Origin: a virus
Lineage: Duplodnaviria > Caudoviricetes
Length of the DNA: 38,939 nucleotides
Reading direction: 5' to 3' (one strand)
Virus record (IMG/VR): IMGVR_UViG_3300024232_000035
Coordinates: 1 to 38,939 of that record
Shown: positions 1 through 7,870 of the stretch, piece after piece
Numbering within the stretch: the stretch's first letter is position 1
Layout of the letters: every line of letters starts with the position of its first letter
Made by a program: the position numbers and the translations under genes
The notes under the pieces: generated by a model
Told to the model about the DNA's origin: nothing
The model's database searches: none
The model's input: the letters and a program-made list of their open reading frames with translations, nothing else

Positions 1-105
1 CTGCATCAGCAGGGTCGCCTCGTTGTCCACAGCGAAGAGCGGCACGACTCGGAAGGCAAGCGTCTTCCTGGCAAGATCTATTGGGGTGAGCCTGTCGGCG
101 CCTAA
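1..105 (+). CDS. 3' end of an upstream gene (partial, unknown function)
   Basis: Frame 1 is open from base 1 (LHQQGRLVVHSEERHDSEGKRLPGKIYWGEPVGA) to TAA at 103-105, followed by a terminator hairpin. Confidence 0.6.
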   Translation: MHQQGRLVVHSEERHDSEGKRLPGKIYWGEPVGA

Positions 106-124
106 CTAATAGCACGGGGGAAGG

Positions 125-159
125 AAAAGGGCGGTATGATTTTCCATACCGCCCTTTTT
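125..159 (+). terminator. Rho-independent terminator, potentially bidirectional
   Basis: Perfect 14-bp inverted repeat AAAAGGGCGGTATG (125-138) / CATACCGCCCTTTT (145-158) with a 6-nt loop, a T-tract 3' and an A-tract 5'. Confidence 0.85.
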
Positions 160-164
160 CTTAG

Positions 165-193
165 TTTACTAATCATGTCCGGTAGCATATAGT
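165..193 (+). promoter_or_regulatory. sigma70-type promoter for the que/dpd operon
   Basis: TTTACT (165-170), 17 nt, TATAGT (188-193), directly after the terminator. It shares the TTAGTT context of the early promoters at 10-13 kb. AGGAG precedes the GTG at 220. Confidence 0.6.
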
Positions 194-219
194 ACAAACA
201 CATAACAGGAGATAAGCCA

Positions 220-657
220 GTGTCGTCGTTTGTAATCACAAGAAAGATTGAAATCGACGCAGCGCATCGCGTCCCTTCTCACGAATCAAAATGCAGGAAC
301 ATCCACGGACACCGATACACAGTTGAGGCCACTGTTGAGGGCACGTTGTATGAGTCCGGTCCGCAGGAAGGCATGGTTCTGGACTTTGGGTTCTTGAAAG
401 AGCTCATGGTTGAACTCATCGATGGACCAGCAGACCACGCAATGATCGCCTGGGCACAAGACCCATTGCTCTGTGAGTTCAAGGGATGCTGTGGTAAGCT
501 CCTTGTCGTACCGTATGTTCCAACCGCCGAGAACCTGGCGCGCTATTGGTTTGAGCAGCTCGTAGCCCCCATACAGACAATGACTAATTCCAATGGGTTT
601 CTTAGTCATGTCCGGGTCTACGAAACACCAAATTGTTGGTCTGATTATCCAGTATAG
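220..657 (+). CDS. queD: 6-carboxy-5,6,7,8-tetrahydropterin synthase QueD
   Basis: DAAHR, CxxxHGH (KCRNIHGHRY), GMVLDFG, PTAENLA and VYETP motifs; GTG start with SD AGGAG. Confidence 0.95.
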   Translation: MSSFVITRKIEIDAAHRVPSHESKCRNIHGHRYTVEATVEGTLYESGPQEGMVLDFGFLKELMVELIDGPADHAMIAWAQDPLLCEFKGCCGKLLVVPYVPTAENLARYWFEQLVAPIQTMTNSNGFLSHVRVYETPNCWSDYPV

Positions 658-666
658 GAGTCGATC

Positions 667-1527
667 ATGCCTAAAGCACTCGTTGTCCTGTCCGGCGGAC
701 AAGACTCAACCATCGCTCTTTTCCTGGCCAAAAAACAAGTCTACGACGAGATACACGCTATCACATTCGATTACGGTCAGCGGCACCGACGAGAGATCGA
801 TGCTGCTCGCAAGATCGCTGTTGAGATAGCTCGCGTGAAGACGCACGAAATTATCAACATCAATAACGGCATCTTGCGTAGCGTCTCTCCGTTGGTCGAC
901 CATTCCCAGGAGCTCGAGCAGTACGAGAATCACGAGCAGATGGGACAGATCATCGGGGACCGCGTCGAGCTGACGTTTGTTCCTATGCGGAACGCTCTGT
1001 TCCTTACCATTGCAGCGAATCGAGCTATTGCACTCGATGCGGAGGATGACTGGGATATTTGGGTCGGCGTCTGCCAAGAAGACAACGCGAATTATCCGGA
1101 CTGTCGTGAGGACTTTATTGACGCGCAACAAGATGCAATCAACGAAGCACTTGGCGACCTCGGCGGGATTACTCTATACACGCCTGTCCTCCATTACACC
1201 AAAGACGAGGCACTGCGCGCGTATGTGGCGCACAGTCCCGATATCTATTATGCCCTGGCATATAGTCACACGGCGTACGACGGCACCTATCCGCCCAGCG
1301 GAGCGGACCACGCGACGGTTCTGCGCGCATACTCTTTCGAGAAGGCTAGGATGCCAGACCCGCTTATCGTCCGCGCCTGGCTGGACGGGCTCATCAGCGA
1401 TCTACCAGAGACGGCGAACTACACGCGGTTCGTCAACCTCCTTGAAAGCTTGAAAGGTATGGCCGAGAACAACTTCCCAATTGATACGCTCCTCAAGAAT
1501 CTGGCCGACAAGGTGGCCGAGCAATGA
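667..1527 (+). CDS. queC: 7-cyano-7-deazaguanine (preQ0) synthase QueC, variant without the canonical Cys4 Zn motif
   Basis: VVLSGGQDST PP-loop, FDYGQRH, TFVPMRN and YPDCR motifs; SD AGGAG. The C-terminal region reads SHTAYDGTYPPSGADHATVLR instead of Cys-rich. Confidence 0.92.
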   Translation: MPKALVVLSGGQDSTIALFLAKKQVYDEIHAITFDYGQRHRREIDAARKIAVEIARVKTHEIININNGILRSVSPLVDHSQELEQYENHEQMGQIIGDRVELTFVPMRNALFLTIAANRAIALDAEDDWDIWVGVCQEDNANYPDCREDFIDAQQDAINEALGDLGGITLYTPVLHYTKDEALRAYVAHSPDIYYALAYSHTAYDGTYPPSGADHATVLRAYSFEKARMPDPLIVRAWLDGLISDLPETANYTRFVNLLESLKGMAENNFPIDTLLKNLADKVAEQ

Positions 1528-2417
1528 GACTCAATCTTACCGAAACTGATGTACTCCATGCAGCTCACAATCTTATCGAGAGATTAGCTATAAAAGGATC
1601 GGATAGGATTTACGGCGTCCCTCGAGGTGGCGTTCCTGTTGCTCTAACTATTGCTGGCATGACAAACGCTGTCATCGTTTCGCATCCCGCAAATGCCACA
1701 GTCATTGTTGACGATATCTACGACTCGGGCGCTACCTATGCGCGCGTCGTTGAACCGCTCCGCCACTCATTTCGCTTTGGCGCCCTCTTCGATAAGCGCA
1801 GGCCTGAGTGGGCCGGTAGCTGGCTCGTCATGCCGTGGGAGACGTCTACAGAAGATGACGACACAGAGTCCGCTGCGGACAATATCCGTCGACTGCTGCA
1901 ATACATTGGCGAAGACCCATCGCGCGGAGGGCTAATTGAAACCCCGACAAGGGTACTGAATGCTTGGCGCGAGTGGTGTAGCGGGTACAACGAAAACCCC
2001 GCCGACGTGCTAAAGACATTTGAGGACGGCGCAGAGAGCTTTAACGAGCTGGTAGTTATGCGCAATATCCCGGTCTATTCCCACTGTGAGCACCATCTCG
2101 CGCCGTTCTTCGGGACCGCCACCGTAGGATACATCCCGAACGGGAGGATCGTTGGTCTGTCCAAGCTGGTCCGTCTTGTCAACATCTTTGCGCATCGTCT
2201 CCAGGTACAGGAACGGTTGACGTCACAAATCGCCCAGGCGCTAGATGAGCACCTAAAACCCCTGGGCGTAGGCGTCATCCTTCAGTGTCGCCATATGTGC
2301 ATGGAGTCACGTGGAGTCCATTCGCCGAATACGCCTACCCTAACGAGCGCTCTGCGCGGTGCTCTATACGACGATCCTCGTGCGCGCGCTGAATTCATGG
2401 AGCTGCGACTGAAATGA
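1524..2417 (+). CDS. folE: Fusion of an N-terminal type I purine phosphoribosyltransferase-like domain (aa ~1-106) and GTP cyclohydrolase I (FolE)
   Basis: N-terminus: IYGVPRGG, VIVDDIYDSGAT (PRPP-binding loop) and WLVMPWE, resembling Gpt. C-terminus: GLIETPTRV, SHCEHHLAPFFG, GLSKL, RLQVQERLT and HMCMESRG. ATGA overlap with queC. Confidence 0.92.
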   Translation: MRLNLTETDVLHAAHNLIERLAIKGSDRIYGVPRGGVPVALTIAGMTNAVIVSHPANATVIVDDIYDSGATYARVVEPLRHSFRFGALFDKRRPEWAGSWLVMPWETSTEDDDTESAADNIRRLLQYIGEDPSRGGLIETPTRVLNAWREWCSGYNENPADVLKTFEDGAESFNELVVMRNIPVYSHCEHHLAPFFGTATVGYIPNGRIVGLSKLVRLVNIFAHRLQVQERLTSQIAQALDEHLKPLGVGVILQCRHMCMESRGVHSPNTPTLTSALRGALYDDPRARAEFMELRLK

Positions 2418-2818
2418 AGCCGATAGTCTATCTCTGTGGTCCCATCCTAGGCCGTCCGGACAGTGAGTGCGTCGAATGGCGTAGGTCTGCCGCGACTATC
2501 CTTGAACCAGAGATTGAAACGCTTGATCCGATCCGACGAGATTATCGCGGGAAAGAAGATAAGCCCGGCATTGAACGATTCATTGTCCAGGACGATTACG
2601 AGGACATCGGCATTTCTGATGCACTCCTGGTTATGTTCGATAAACCAAGTGTTGGGACCGCAATGGAAATGCGAATAGCATATGCTGAAGTTAAGATTCC
2701 AACATATGTCATCGATATCAGCATGTCCCAGCGGTCGCCTTGGTTAACTTATCACACAACGTACTTCTTCTCAAGTCTGGTTGATGCCTGCAAAGCATTA
2801 AAGCGTGACCTGTCTTGA
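2414..2818 (+). CDS. Nucleoside 2-deoxyribosyltransferase / deoxynucleoside-monophosphate N-glycosidase family protein (NDT/Rcl/MilB-like)
   Basis: VYLCGP at the N-terminus, DYEDIGISDALLV, and SVGTAME with the catalytic-type Glu; 134 aa; ATGA-coupled to folE. Confidence 0.8.
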   Translation: MKPIVYLCGPILGRPDSECVEWRRSAATILEPEIETLDPIRRDYRGKEDKPGIERFIVQDDYEDIGISDALLVMFDKPSVGTAMEMRIAYAEVKIPTYVIDISMSQRSPWLTYHTTYFFSSLVDACKALKRDLS

Positions 2819-3843
2819 AGATATATCTAGCAGGCGAACGCGCGCAAATCTCAACGTCCTCAGCTTTGCGCCGGGTCGGTGGTGAGGCTGTTGCATCAAT
2901 TTGGACGAAGCATGTCCGGCGCCGTCTGTTCTCGTTTTATTACCACGGGCTGGAGGGGCAGAACTTTGAAAAAGACCCCGACACGGGGCTGTCTACGGCC
3001 ATTGAGGACAGCATAAAGTTCGGCTGGGACTTGTTTCTTGATTCGGGAGCGTTTACCGCCTTCACCAAGGGCGTCCAGATTCCAGAACGAGAATATGCAA
3101 TCTATATCAACAAGTGTGCGAAGCGGAATATCTGGACCGTGTGTAGTTCGCTTGACGCGATCGGTAAGGACATCGAGGCCGCACGCAAGTCATACAAATA
3201 CTTTAGATATCTCCATCGTAAAGCTGGGCTCGATGTCAAGCCGGTGTTTCACGTCCGAGAACCAGATAATGTCCTTCGTGCGTACCTTGATGAAGGGCAC
3301 GAATACATCCTAATCGGTGGCATGGTTCCGGAGTCGACCCGCGACCTCCGCGAGTTACTCGACCACTTCTGGATGAAGTATCTCACCAACGCGGACGGGA
3401 CCGCAAAGGTCAAAGTTCACGGCTTCGGACTCACTGACGCGCAGCTTATGTTTCGCTACCCCTGGCACAGTGTAGACAGCTCGTCGTGGTTGATGACAGG
3501 CATCTTCGGTTCTTGTATGTTCCGAAAACCTGGCGAGCGCAAATTAAAGAAGGTCGTGTTTTCTGAAGAATCACCACAAGCCCGCAAGGCAAAGGGCTGG
3601 CACTATAGCACAATGACGGCTCGCGAAATCGATGAAGTCAATGAATGGGTTGCGCCATATGGTGTCACGTGCGAACAACTAAGTCAGCACTACTCGTTCC
3701 GTGACGTTGTGAATGCAGCCGTGTTTCAAAGTCTGGAGGAATGGGGAACCGATCGTTTCACCGACACGCAGCTCCGCATTACGGATGCAGCAGAGGAGAT
3801 GTACGGAGATGGATTTCAAATCGCCTCTGAAGAAGATTGGTAA
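2815..3843 (+). CDS. dpdA: DpdA-type DNA-guanine transglycosylase (TGT fold) inserting 7-deazaguanine into DNA
   Basis: LFLDSGAFT, PVFH, LIGGMV, VHGFG and YPWHSVDSSSW motifs of the TGT/DpdA family, embedded in the que cluster; TTG start overlapping the upstream TGA. Confidence 0.85.
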   Translation: MKIYLAGERAQISTSSALRRVGGEAVASIWTKHVRRRLFSFYYHGLEGQNFEKDPDTGLSTAIEDSIKFGWDLFLDSGAFTAFTKGVQIPEREYAIYINKCAKRNIWTVCSSLDAIGKDIEAARKSYKYFRYLHRKAGLDVKPVFHVREPDNVLRAYLDEGHEYILIGGMVPESTRDLRELLDHFWMKYLTNADGTAKVKVHGFGLTDAQLMFRYPWHSVDSSSWLMTGIFGSCMFRKPGERKLKKVVFSEESPQARKAKGWHYSTMTAREIDEVNEWVAPYGVTCEQLSQHYSFRDVVNAAVFQSLEEWGTDRFTDTQLRITDAAEEMYGDGFQIASEEDW

Positions 3844-4789
3844 GGCTCTGGCGCGAAAAGATATCGTCGCCGAGTTCACTGTTTATATAATCAAGAACAA
3901 CAAGATCCTCGCCACAGACGGACGCCTTGTGGCGTGCTGTCCACTCGGCTTCGAATGCCCGGACATGCTGGTCCCAGGAGATATGTTCGAGAAGCTTATC
4001 AACCGTCTCGACAGTATAGATGACATCACAAAGATGGACGGTTCGCGGTACACATTCAAAGCTGGCCGGTCGCGCGGTACGATCCAAGTCCTCCAAGAAT
4101 TCGACACGCCGAGTCTCCCGCGCCCCTTTGCGGACTGGAAAGAGCCCGCCCCGGATTTTGTGGACGCATTAAGACGCGCCCGTCCCTTTATCTCAGACAA
4201 CGCCGTCCACCCCTGGGCAATGTCGGTCTGCCTCGGCAAAGACCGAATGCTTGCGACGAACAACATCGTCCTAGCAGAAGTTGAATGCGTCGGGGCCGGC
4301 GGGAATGGCCAACTACTGCCATTTTGGGCCGTTGATTTTATACTTGGACGTGATGAAGAGTTGGATGGTATTCAAATCCACCCCGAACACATGTCTTTTC
4401 GATTCGATGACGGTTCGTGGCTACGCACTCAGCTTCTAATTGGCGAGTTTCCAGCAGTCGTTCTAAAGATGTTGACGCCAGAGAATTGGAAGCCTGGGAC
4501 TCATGAATTAACGAACGACTGGAAAGAGGCGTACGCCCAGGTGGCGGGTGTAGCAGAAACCTCAATCGAAATTTACAAAGATAAAATCGTTGGTCGATCT
4601 GAAAAAGGATACCTTGAGGCTGAGGTAGACGAGACTCCTGTTCCGACTGGATCCGAATATAGTTCGTGGGCCGTCCGGTATCTGACGCCTGTTATCGAAC
4701 AGGCGGACTGGTGGGCACCCGACTCGTTCCCGCAGCCAGCCTCGTTCGAGGCAGACGGCATCCGTGGCTTCGTCGTAGGGAGGCGCTAA
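3809..4789 (+). CDS. DNA polymerase III beta-clamp-like processivity factor
   Basis: Two ATD/ATN-type segments (ILATDGRL, MLATNNIVL) and RTQLLIGEFP, resembling DnaN repeats; 326 aa. Start reassigned to ATG 3809 (MDFKSPLKK) after a purine-rich run. Confidence 0.7.
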   Translation: MDFKSPLKKIGKALARKDIVAEFTVYIIKNNKILATDGRLVACCPLGFECPDMLVPGDMFEKLINRLDSIDDITKMDGSRYTFKAGRSRGTIQVLQEFDTPSLPRPFADWKEPAPDFVDALRRARPFISDNAVHPWAMSVCLGKDRMLATNNIVLAEVECVGAGGNGQLLPFWAVDFILGRDEELDGIQIHPEHMSFRFDDGSWLRTQLLIGEFPAVVLKMLTPENWKPGTHELTNDWKEAYAQVAGVAETSIEIYKDKIVGRSEKGYLEAEVDETPVPTGSEYSSWAVRYLTPVIEQADWWAPDSFPQPASFEADGIRGFVVGRR

Positions 4790-5502
4790 TGTTTGGTCAG
4801 AACGAAGTCCGGCATAAGACGAACTCACCGGGCTATCTTCAGGTGCATAAAATCTTCTATACATTGCAGGGTGAAGGGCCGTTTGTTGGACAGCCTGCCA
4901 TCTTTATCCGACTTAGTGGTTGCAATCTGCGCTGTACTTTCTGCGATACAAATTGGGATGATAAGAACGATCCGTATATGTCTATAAAGGAGATTATTGA
5001 ACAGGTTCATTATCAACCTTACTCATGGTCGCCGCCTCTTATCGTTTTAACTGGCGGTGAACCATTGCGGCAGAACCTCGACCTCTTGATTCAATCTTTC
5101 TACGCCAGGTCTTTCCACGTTCAAATCGAAACGGCAGGAACCTTTTGGGAAGATTATCTTAAAAAATATATTGATCTTGGTGTTCTAGATATTGTAGTAT
5201 CGCCAAAGACGCCGAAGATCCACCCTGAGATCTACCAACATGCAGCGGCGTTCAAATATGTTATCGAGGCTGGACATACCGACGAGAAAGACGGCCTCCC
5301 AATAAAAGGGACACAGCCAACATATGAAGTGGATGGGGTCCGGGTCGCACGGCCCAGGCCGGGGGCACCGGTTTATCTCAGTCCCTGCGATGTAGGGATC
5401 AATTCCAGGAACAAAAGAAATCAAGAAGCAGTCGTTAAACTGGCGATGCGTCACAACTACATCGCAGGATTACAGCTTCACAAAATATGGGGAGTAGAAT
5501 GA
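4789..5502 (+). CDS. queE: 7-carboxy-7-deazaguanine synthase QueE (radical SAM)
   Basis: FYTLQGEG, FIRLSGCNLRCTFCDT (CxxxCxxC), LTGGEP, QIETAG, VSPK and LQLHK motifs. Start reassigned to ATG 4789 (TAATG overlap). Confidence 0.95.
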   Translation: MFGQNEVRHKTNSPGYLQVHKIFYTLQGEGPFVGQPAIFIRLSGCNLRCTFCDTNWDDKNDPYMSIKEIIEQVHYQPYSWSPPLIVLTGGEPLRQNLDLLIQSFYARSFHVQIETAGTFWEDYLKKYIDLGVLDIVVSPKTPKIHPEIYQHAAAFKYVIEAGHTDEKDGLPIKGTQPTYEVDGVRVARPRPGAPVYLSPCDVGINSRNKRNQEAVVKLAMRHNYIAGLQLHKIWGVE

Positions 5503-5621
5503 CAGAGCTGGAAGTTGAGTTAGCGGAATCGATAGTCGCAGGCTTGATTATCGCATTCATAGTCGCACTCTTTCTTCATCATTGGGGAACGGGGCGTTGG
5601 TGGAAAAAGAAGAAGGAGTAG
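5499..5621 (+). CDS. Small single-pass membrane protein (40 aa; not in ORF track)
   Basis: Translated by hand: MTELEVELAESIVAGLIIAFIVALFLHHWGTGRWWKKKKE. ATGA overlap with the queE stop, GGAG SD, and it fills the gap exactly. Confidence 0.65.
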   Translation: MTELEVELAESIVAGLIIAFIVALFLHHWGTGRWWKKKKE

Positions 5622-5627
5622 TAGTAG

Positions 5628-7685
5628 GTGGCTAGTTTCGAAGACGATGTTGGTATGTTCTGGACGGCGCAGCCGAAAGACCGGATGCGCCAAACGTTCG
5701 GGCTTCAACCATTACCCGAATCGGACTGGACGCCTCCCACCGAACTGCCATCGCTTGCCGGCGTGAAGCGGCTATCGTTTGACATTGAGACACGCGACGA
5801 CGACCTCAAGTCGCTCGGCCCAGGGTCTCGGCGCGGCTCGTACATTGTCGGTCTGGCGGTTGGGACCGATACGGGACAAAGAGCGTACATGCCGGTCCGC
5901 CACGAAGGCGGCGGGAACATGGACGAGGCCAAGGTGCGCGCCTGGGCCAAGGAGGAGTTGAATGCCTTCACTGGCGAGGTTGTGGGCGCCCATCTACTCT
6001 ATGACCTCGAGTTTATGGCAATGCCTGAATGGGGCGTTACGTTCAAGAACGCAAGAGGGTTTCACGATATTCTACTGGCAGAACCACTCATCGATGAGTG
6101 GCGACCACACGGATACTCAATGGACGATGTGGCGGAGTATCACCTTGGGGAAAATAAACGTCACGAGATTTTGTACGCTTGGGGCGCCGCGAACGGATGG
6201 ACGTCTGAATCAAAAGTTAAAGCTAACCTTTGGCGGGCGCACTCATCGTTCGTCGGGGCATACGGTGAAGGCGACGTCGACTTACCGCTCCGGATCTTTG
6301 CGGAACAAGAAAAGATAATTCAGGAACAAGGTCTGCAAGAGGTGTACGACCTTGAGCGCGGACTTATCCCGATCCTGTTAGCTATGCGCCTACGCGGAGT
6401 CCGGGTTAACGTAGCCCGTGCTGAGACAGTACACGCGCAGCTCGTACAAGAGCGCGACAAATGGGTCGAAGAGGTGCGCCGTCTGTGCGGTAAACGCGGC
6501 GCGGACATATGGGCGCCGGACTCATTTGCACAGTGCCTCGAGGACCGGAACCTCCCTGTCCCGCGCACAGCAAAGAAAGGCAAACTGTCTGTCACGAAGC
6601 AATGGCTTGCGCTACATCAAGGAAAAGACATCTTAGTAGATGCTATTCAGGCTGCACGCCGAGTAGATAAAGTCATAAGCACTTATACAGGAAATATCCT
6701 AAGGCATAACGTACATGGTCGAATCTATGCCGAGTTTCCTCAGCTGAAAGGCGAAGCGGGCGGGACTATGGCGCGTTTCGCCAGCGCTCGGCCGAACCTC
6801 CAGAATCAGCCGGCGCGCGACGAGGAACTAGGACCGATGACTCGGTCGATATTTGAAGCTGAAGAAGGTGAGGACTTCGAGCGGCAGGACGAAAGCCAAA
6901 TCGAGTATCGACTGCTCGTCCACTTTGCATCTAAGACGATTCATCCAAAGACAAAGCAACCGTTGAATGGAGCAGAAGAGGCGCGCCAGTCGTACATCAA
7001 TGACTCAAAGACAGACTTCCATAAGATGACTGCTGCAATGATCGGAATCGATCCGAACGACGAGGTGCTTCGGAAGCGTGTGAAGAATGTCAACTTCTGC
7101 CGCGTGTATATGGGCGGCCCAAAGAAGATCGCGCAGACAGCCGGCATTTCAATTGAAGAGGCTCAGTCGTTTAGTCGTGAGTACGACGCCAAGTTGCCGT
7201 TCGTCCGCGAACTTGGTCTACTCGCAATGGCGATGGCCGAGGCGCGCGGCCATGTAAAGACTCTGTTGAATCGGCGCCAGCGGTTTACACTATTTGAACC
7301 GAACGACAGAGCCACCCCTGGGCAGGATAGCAAAGCCGACCGGAAGAAGCGGATGCGGCTGTACGACGAGGCCGTGACGTTGTATGGCGGTGAAGGAAAC
7401 ATCAGGCGCGCCTTCTGTCACGCGGCTTTGAACCGCATCTTGCAGGGTTCTGCCGCAGACGTACTCAAGAAGGCGTTAAAGGATACATGGGACTCTGGCG
7501 TCTGCGACGCCCTGGGCGCCCCGCTCATTACCGTACACGACGAGAACGATTGGAGCGTACCGCGCACGGCCCAGGCGCAGGAGGCGATTAAGCACGCTCG
7601 ACATATAATGGAATCCACAGTAGATCTAAACGTACCGCTCCGCGTCGATTGGAAACGTGGTGCGAATTGGGGTGAGTGCGTGTGA
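5628..7685 (+). CDS. polA: Family A DNA polymerase with 3'-5' exonuclease domain (no 5'-3' exonuclease)
   Basis: Exo I FDIET, Exo II YDL and Exo III YGEGD; PNLQNQP; motif A DESQIEYR; motif B RKRVKNVNFCRVY; QGSAAD; motif C TVHDE. SD AAGGAG before the GTG. Confidence 0.95.
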   Translation: MASFEDDVGMFWTAQPKDRMRQTFGLQPLPESDWTPPTELPSLAGVKRLSFDIETRDDDLKSLGPGSRRGSYIVGLAVGTDTGQRAYMPVRHEGGGNMDEAKVRAWAKEELNAFTGEVVGAHLLYDLEFMAMPEWGVTFKNARGFHDILLAEPLIDEWRPHGYSMDDVAEYHLGENKRHEILYAWGAANGWTSESKVKANLWRAHSSFVGAYGEGDVDLPLRIFAEQEKIIQEQGLQEVYDLERGLIPILLAMRLRGVRVNVARAETVHAQLVQERDKWVEEVRRLCGKRGADIWAPDSFAQCLEDRNLPVPRTAKKGKLSVTKQWLALHQGKDILVDAIQAARRVDKVISTYTGNILRHNVHGRIYAEFPQLKGEAGGTMARFASARPNLQNQPARDEELGPMTRSIFEAEEGEDFERQDESQIEYRLLVHFASKTIHPKTKQPLNGAEEARQSYINDSKTDFHKMTAAMIGIDPNDEVLRKRVKNVNFCRVYMGGPKKIAQTAGISIEEAQSFSREYDAKLPFVRELGLLAMAMAEARGHVKTLLNRRQRFTLFEPNDRATPGQDSKADRKKRMRLYDEAVTLYGGEGNIRRAFCHAALNRILQGSAADVLKKALKDTWDSGVCDALGAPLITVHDENDWSVPRTAQAQEAIKHARHIMESTVDLNVPLRVDWKRGANWGECV

Positions 7686-7870
7686 AGCTCCTTGTCTCAA
7701 ATGGCAAGACACTGGAAGTTCGTGATGTTGGCGAACCGATTATGACTGTCGTTGCCGATAAAATTCCAGTGAAGTACAATGGCACTCAGATATTGCATGA
7801 GGATAAGGCTCGGGCAATTGTGCGCGAGCTTATTGATTGCGGACTCTATGAGATTAGGTACAGCAAATGA
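7682..7870 (+). CDS. Hypothetical protein
   Basis: GTGA overlap with the polA stop and ATGA overlap with the next gene. Confidence 0.55.
   Translation: MKLLVSNGKTLEVRDVGEPIMTVVADKIPVKYNGTQILHEDKARAIVRELIDCGLYEIRYSK

Noticed and set aside
161-219. preQ1 riboswitch upstream of queD
   Set aside because: No preQ1-type stem-loop plus A-rich tail is visible, and the space is accounted for by a terminator, a promoter and an SD.
2815-3843. tRNA-guanine transglycosylase (tgt) for queuosine tRNA modification
   Set aside because: It lacks the CxCxxC zinc motif of bacterial Tgt, sits among DNA replication genes, and its motifs fit phage DpdA.
5499-7685. Amber readthrough or recoding giving a membrane-anchored polymerase
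   Set aside because: Three consecutive TAGs would need suppression, TAG is used as a normal stop by many genes here, and polA has its own SD.
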